Below are positions 59,595 through 64,000 of a stretch of DNA of 64,000 bases, piece by piece. Each line of letters begins with the position of its first letter. Position 1 is the stretch's first letter. The notes beneath the pieces were generated by a model. That model saw only the letters and a program-made list of their open reading frames with translations, did no database searches and was not told the DNA's origin. The position numbers and the translations under genes were made by a program. This stretch comes from Candidatus Kapaibacterium sp. GTDB lineage: Bacteria; Bacteroidota; Ignavibacteria; Kapaibacteriales; UBA2268. The stretch is from positions 1,536,001 to 1,600,000 of the forward strand of contig OY761611.1 in the NCBI GenBank assembly GCA_963664875.1. The letters are read 5' to 3'.

Positions 59595-62500
59595 TTATTT
59601 AACAAGGATCATAGCTTTGGCTGCTGCAGCGCCTTCTGTTTCTACTGTGTAGAAATAAGTGCCGCTGCTTAGGTTATAAGCTGATGCATCCAAATCTATT
59701 CTGTTTTCACCGGCTACTGCCTGTCCGTCGAAGATTACAGCCAATTTACGTCCGTTTGCATCTGTTAATGTTACTTTTACATTTGCTGCAGTTGGTACGT
59801 TAAATTTGATAGTTGTAGAAGTTTCAAACGGGTTAGGTTCGTTTCCAAGTAATTCGTAGCCGCTACCTGCTTGTGCAAATACGCCTGTGTTTGTTTTCTT
59901 AGTTACTGTAACTTCTGATACAGCTGATTTAGTCATACCGCAATCATTTGTAGCTACGCAATAGTATTCGCCTGCATCTGCATATTTCACTACGTCAACA
60001 TTATAAATTGCTTCTGTAGCACCTGCGATTGCTGCACCGTCTTTGTACCATTGGTATGCAAGGTCGCTTTCGCTGTCAACCATAACTTCCAATGTCAATA
60101 CTGCATCTGTTTCTACTGTTACGTCTGCTTCAGGATTAGCTGTAAAGATTGGTAATAATTCTACCATCAAAGCAGCTGCTTTAGAAGTAGCTTTTGCACT
60201 TGTACCGTAAAGCATTGCTTCAAGTGTATAGTTACCTGCACGAGCCGGAGTAATATCCATTACTTCCAATTTATTGCTTGTAGCACCTTTGATAGCACCA
60301 CCGTCAACCAATGCTGTTCCGTTGAAGTACCATTGGTATTCTACAGGAATTGTTGCGTCAGTTGATAAAGCAGTACCTTCGAATGTTACATCGCTGCCTT
60401 CGCAAGCGTCTTTATCCATTGGATTCATTGTTATAGATACTGTAGGAACGTCACTGATAGATACTCTTACTGATTCGTCAGTGCCGCATTGACCTTTTAC
60501 GATTACATAGTAATCATTTGATAAGTCTGACATTTCTACATTGTTGATTGTTAGCAATGAAGAATGTGCACCTTGGATTCTATCGTTATCGACTAATTTC
60601 ACATTACCTTTGTACCATTGGAAATCGTGTTGGTAGTAAGGAGGAACTAAGCCTTTCATGTGTGCTTCTACTGATAATGTAGCTGTTTCGCCAATCATTA
60701 CTTGTACTGCTTGTGGCTGACGAGTAATTTTTGTTTCTTGCATTACATAAAGTATAGCTGATTCACTTGTGAAAGTCAATTCGCCACGGCAATCTTCTAC
60801 TAAGATTTCGCAATAGTATTGACCTACGTTGTCAAGGTTTGCATTGTTGATGATAAGCATTGCATCGTCTGCATATTCGTTTTCTGTGATGCTGATGCGT
60901 TTGCCGTCTTTATACCATTGGTATCCATGAATTTCACCAAGACCATTGCCGATAACTGTGAAGTGTACTTCTTCGCCACCGCAAATTACTTGTGATTCAG
61001 GATTTTCAACTAATTCGAATGTTGGAGGTACTTCAAAGTGTACTGCTTCAGTAAACACTTGTAAGTCGTAACATTCTGCGTTACCGATTACTTTACATCT
61101 GTAACCACCTGAGTTAGTTTCGTTTACATTTGTAAGTTTGAAGTTTTGAGTTACAGCTGTTGCATTTTCTTCTGCAGTAATGTCATACCACTGACCACCT
61201 TGGTATTTCTGCCATTGGTAGCCACGAACAGTACCCTGAGCTTCTGCGTAGAATTCTAAGTCCATACCGCCACAAAGGTTTTCAGGTTCGAAGTAGTATT
61301 CCATTCTCTCTTCAGTAACCGGTAAGTAAAGCTCAACTTCTGTTTCTGTATCTGTGTAAAGCACTGAAGGGTATTTAGGTTCGCAAAGTTCGTCACCGAT
61401 AACTTTTGCACGGTATTTACCATCAGCTTCTGCTTTAGTCATTTCTGTAAAATCAAGAGTAAATGTTTTGTTTGTAGCACCTTCGATATCAGTCCACATA
61501 CCGTCGATAAGCTTCTGCCATTGAACGCCAAATTCATTTGTAGTTTCAACACTTAGAGTCAAATCATGGAAGCCTTCGCAACCTATGTATTTTTCTACCA
61601 TGTTTTCGCTAACGATATGAACAGGTTCAACTACAGTAATAGTTTTTGTGCTTGTAGATATTGGCTCTAAATCCATAGCCCAGAAAGAAGCATGGTAAGT
61701 ACCGGCATTTTCTACTGTAAGGTCATTAATAAACAGACGGCTTCCGCTGATAGTGTAGTTATCTGTATCCGTATCTATAATTGGAAGACCATTTTTGTAC
61801 CACTGTGTTTGAACTGCGTTACCAAGAGTTCTTTCGATACCGTCATCAAACTGGCCACCGGCTCCAAAGATAAACTGTACTTGCTGAGTACCTTCGCATA
61901 GACCTGCCGGTTTGTCAGGATCAACAATCAAATCATTAGTTAGAGCCAAAGTAAAGTTAGTAATATCTATACCCATTCTGTTGTTTGTAGCGGTTCTTGT
62001 TTCACCATCCATATCCATTGGAATAGAAACTGCTGTTACAGGAGGGCAAAGCAATTCATCACTGATTGCACCACCACCATTTAAGTGACCATCCCAAGTC
62101 AATGTTACTTCCATTGCTGTAGAGTTAGCATCTTTGCCTGTAGCTTGCCATGAATCAAGATAAGCATAAGTTGTTTTTGTTGATTCATTGTATGCAATAG
62201 CACCCAAAGGAGCATATAAAACGTTATAGTCAGAAGTAGCAATATTTGAGCTATATGCTGCTGTTGAACTAGCATATTTACCCTGATAGATACAATAAGT
62301 TTCTGTACCGCTACCAACCATAGTATTTACAAGAATGTTATTTTTAATAATTGTTCCTGTTGAAGACTGATAGTAAGGATAATCAGTAATACAAGCAGAT
62401 TTACCACCTTGCATACCACCATTAACGAATGGTAAATTCATATTGATTGTATTTTGGTAAATTTCTGTATAGCGTGCGTTATATAACAATATACCGGATG

Positions 62501-63848
62501 GCATACAATAGTAAGAGTAGAAGTAATCATAAGTAGTATAATAATATGGATTAGCCTGCTCTGTGATGTCATGGATATTGTTATGATAAATTCTGTTATA
62601 ATCAGTAACGCCTGTAGTATTGCTTGAGCCATAAACTAATATACCTGCAGTATAGTAACTGTAAGTTCCTGTACCTGTATAAGGTTTGATTAGATTATAG
62701 ATGTGGTTGTCGTGAATATCAGAGTTACCAACATAGCCTAACCACATACCAACATTATATGTGTATTGGTAGTCATATCCTTTACAGTCAATATTACTTA
62801 TGGTATTACCATAAATGTCATAAGTTCCTGTATAATTTGGATCGCGATAGATATATAAACCGTATTGGCCAATACGATCAATTGTGTTATTTGCAATTTC
62901 TGTCTGCAAAGTTGAACGGTTATAATAAATATACATACCATACTGAACCTGGCGGATATTGTTGTTGTTGAACTCCAAAGATCCTTCAGGATAATAACAC
63001 ATTAGACCATAGTATGGATAGTAGTAAGATGCGTTATAAGTCAAGCTACCGATTACAGTATTACCATCAAAAACACCATTTTGTACATAGTAATTGTACA
63101 AAGCATAGTACATATAACCGTCTTGTGCGTCAACTGTATTGTTCAGTAAATTCAAATTCCCAACATAATACAGATATGAGCCACAGTACATATAAGGAGC
63201 ATCAAACAAGTTATTAGAAACTGTGATATTAAGCTGTCTTGTAGTAGGTTGGCCATAAATATAAATACCATAATAAGCTTTGTCAAAAAGGTTGTTATGG
63301 ATAGTTACATTTTGAGAATACCCATCAGAATAATACATTCTAACACCATTACAAGAGCTCGATGGATTTCCTGTCAAAGGACCTGCAGAGATTCTACAGT
63401 TTTGAACATCGATACCATTATTTGAGCCTTTGAATTTCACACCGATTGCAGAGCTGTTTGTGTTATGAATCCAAAGAGATCTGTCAGAACCTTCACCACC
63501 TTGGCTACCATCTAAGACTACATTTGTACAACCGTTAAATTCGATGATACCCGCACTTGATAGTGAACCTTCGATAGTATATTCACCTGTAGGGTAAATA
63601 GTAACTGAGCCGGAAGTACCGAAAGAGTTAAGAGTAGCTGCTGCAGTAAGCGTTTGGTCGCTTATGATTTGCAACTGTACATCACCGCTGATACCATTAG
63701 TATTGATGGCATCGAAAGCTAATTTGATATTAGCGTAATCACCGCCGGTACCGACTGTTTTTGTACCGGAAATTGCTTGCCCGAAGAGTTGGGTGCCTGA
63801 TAAGAACACCATTACAAGTAGAGCAAAAATAGAGGATAAACGTTTCAT
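59595..63848 (-). CDS. Giant T9SS-secreted protein: Tyr-rich right-handed beta-helix, 7 Ig-like domains, T9SS CTD (paralog B)
   Basis: Same architecture as 54740-58978. ATG 63848 with GGAG RBS. C-terminal about 95 aa identical to paralog A. Confidence 0.88.
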   Translation of the reverse strand: MKRLSSIFALLVMVFLSGTQLFGQAISGTKTVGTGGDYANIKLAFDAINTNGISGDVQLQIISDQTLTAAATLNSFGTSGSVTIYPTGEYTIEGSLSSAGIIEFNGCTNVVLDGSQGGEGSDRSLWIHNTNSSAIGVKFKGSNNGIDVQNCRISAGPLTGNPSSSCNGVRMYYSDGYSQNVTIHNNLFDKAYYGIYIYGQPTTRQLNITVSNNLFDAPYMYCGSYLYYVGNLNLLNNTVDAQDGYMYYALYNYYVQNGVFDGNTVIGSLTYNASYYYPYYGLMCYYPEGSLEFNNNNIRQVQYGMYIYYNRSTLQTEIANNTIDRIGQYGLYIYRDPNYTGTYDIYGNTISNIDCKGYDYQYTYNVGMWLGYVGNSDIHDNHIYNLIKPYTGTGTYSYYTAGILVYGSSNTTGVTDYNRIYHNNIHDITEQANPYYYTTYDYFYSYYCMPSGILLYNARYTEIYQNTINMNLPFVNGGMQGGKSACITDYPYYQSSTGTIIKNNILVNTMVGSGTETYCIYQGKYASSTAAYSSNIATSDYNVLYAPLGAIAYNESTKTTYAYLDSWQATGKDANSTAMEVTLTWDGHLNGGGAISDELLCPPVTAVSIPMDMDGETRTATNNRMGIDITNFTLALTNDLIVDPDKPAGLCEGTQQVQFIFGAGGQFDDGIERTLGNAVQTQWYKNGLPIIDTDTDNYTISGSRLFINDLTVENAGTYHASFWAMDLEPISTSTKTITVVEPVHIVSENMVEKYIGCEGFHDLTLSVETTNEFGVQWQKLIDGMWTDIEGATNKTFTLDFTEMTKAEADGKYRAKVIGDELCEPKYPSVLYTDTETEVELYLPVTEERMEYYFEPENLCGGMDLEFYAEAQGTVRGYQWQKYQGGQWYDITAEENATAVTQNFKLTNVNETNSGGYRCKVIGNAECYDLQVFTEAVHFEVPPTFELVENPESQVICGGEEVHFTVIGNGLGEIHGYQWYKDGKRISITENEYADDAMLIINNANLDNVGQYYCEILVEDCRGELTFTSESAILYVMQETKITRQPQAVQVMIGETATLSVEAHMKGLVPPYYQHDFQWYKGNVKLVDNDRIQGAHSSLLTINNVEMSDLSNDYYVIVKGQCGTDESVRVSISDVPTVSITMNPMDKDACEGSDVTFEGTALSTDATIPVEYQWYFNGTALVDGGAIKGATSNKLEVMDITPARAGNYTLEAMLYGTSAKATSKAAALMVELLPIFTANPEADVTVETDAVLTLEVMVDSESDLAYQWYKDGAAIAGATEAIYNVDVVKYADAGEYYCVATNDCGMTKSAVSEVTVTKKTNTGVFAQAGSGYELLGNEPNPFETSTTIKFNVPTAANVKVTLTDANGRKLAVIFDGQAVAGENRIDLDASAYNLSSGTYFYTVETEGAAAAKAMILVK

Positions 63849-63919
63849 AACGAACTCCAATAAAGTTTAAAAAGATAGCATATATTGTATAAGTATCATT
63901 CCTTTTTCACGACTTCTGA

Positions 63920-63956
63920 CAATATAAGAACTTTATACAATATTTACAACGTTACA
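63920..63956 (-). promoter_or_regulatory. Putative sigma70 promoter with overlapping palindrome (paralog B)
   Basis: Minus strand TTGTAA (63944-63949), 17 bp, TATATT(G) (63920-63926). TACAACGTTACA at 63945-63956. Confidence 0.6.
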
Positions 63957-64000
63957 AAACGGATTTTTATTATAGAAATTTATCATTTCTAAAGTCTTAC

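Noticed and set aside
57250-63180. Diversity-generating retroelement acting on the Tyr-rich heads
   Set aside because: No reverse transcriptase or template repeat in the window. Differences between paralogs include indels and all base types over ~1 kb, not adenine-only changes in a short variable repeat. A remote DGR cannot be excluded without a genome search.
1169-63217. Numerous 60-160 aa ORFs overlapping long genes (e.g. 4652-5143, 34183-34554, 57015-57374)
   Set aside because: Antisense or alternate-frame shadows of well-supported genes, with no recognisable motifs.

Overview
AT-rich bacterial chromosomal window, probably from the Bacteroidota-Chlorobiota superphylum. The many type IX secretion (T9SS) C-terminal-domain proteins and the gene set suggest a Candidatus Kapabacteria/Ignavibacteria-like organism; this is inferred, not searched. 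Housekeeping genes (trmB, rho, lolE-like, dnaB, hutI, trpS, pcrA/uvrD, rlmN, recQ) are interspersed with two-component genes and five T9SS cargo proteins. No rRNA, tRNA, CRISPR array, transposase or phage gene was recognised. Three things stand out. (1) A family of giant secreted beta-helix + 7 Ig-domain + T9SS proteins: two tandem copies with near-constant Ig stalks and a highly divergent, about 20% tyrosine, antibody-paratope-like head, plus a third copy with a different head. (2) An argF-arcC-'pyrB'-rocD catabolic cluster whose plant-type aspartate carbamoyltransferase homolog has a rewired active site. (3) An AraC-GyrI gene that appears to contain its own AraC-type operator, promoter, RBS and internal start for a stand-alone GyrI-like domain.
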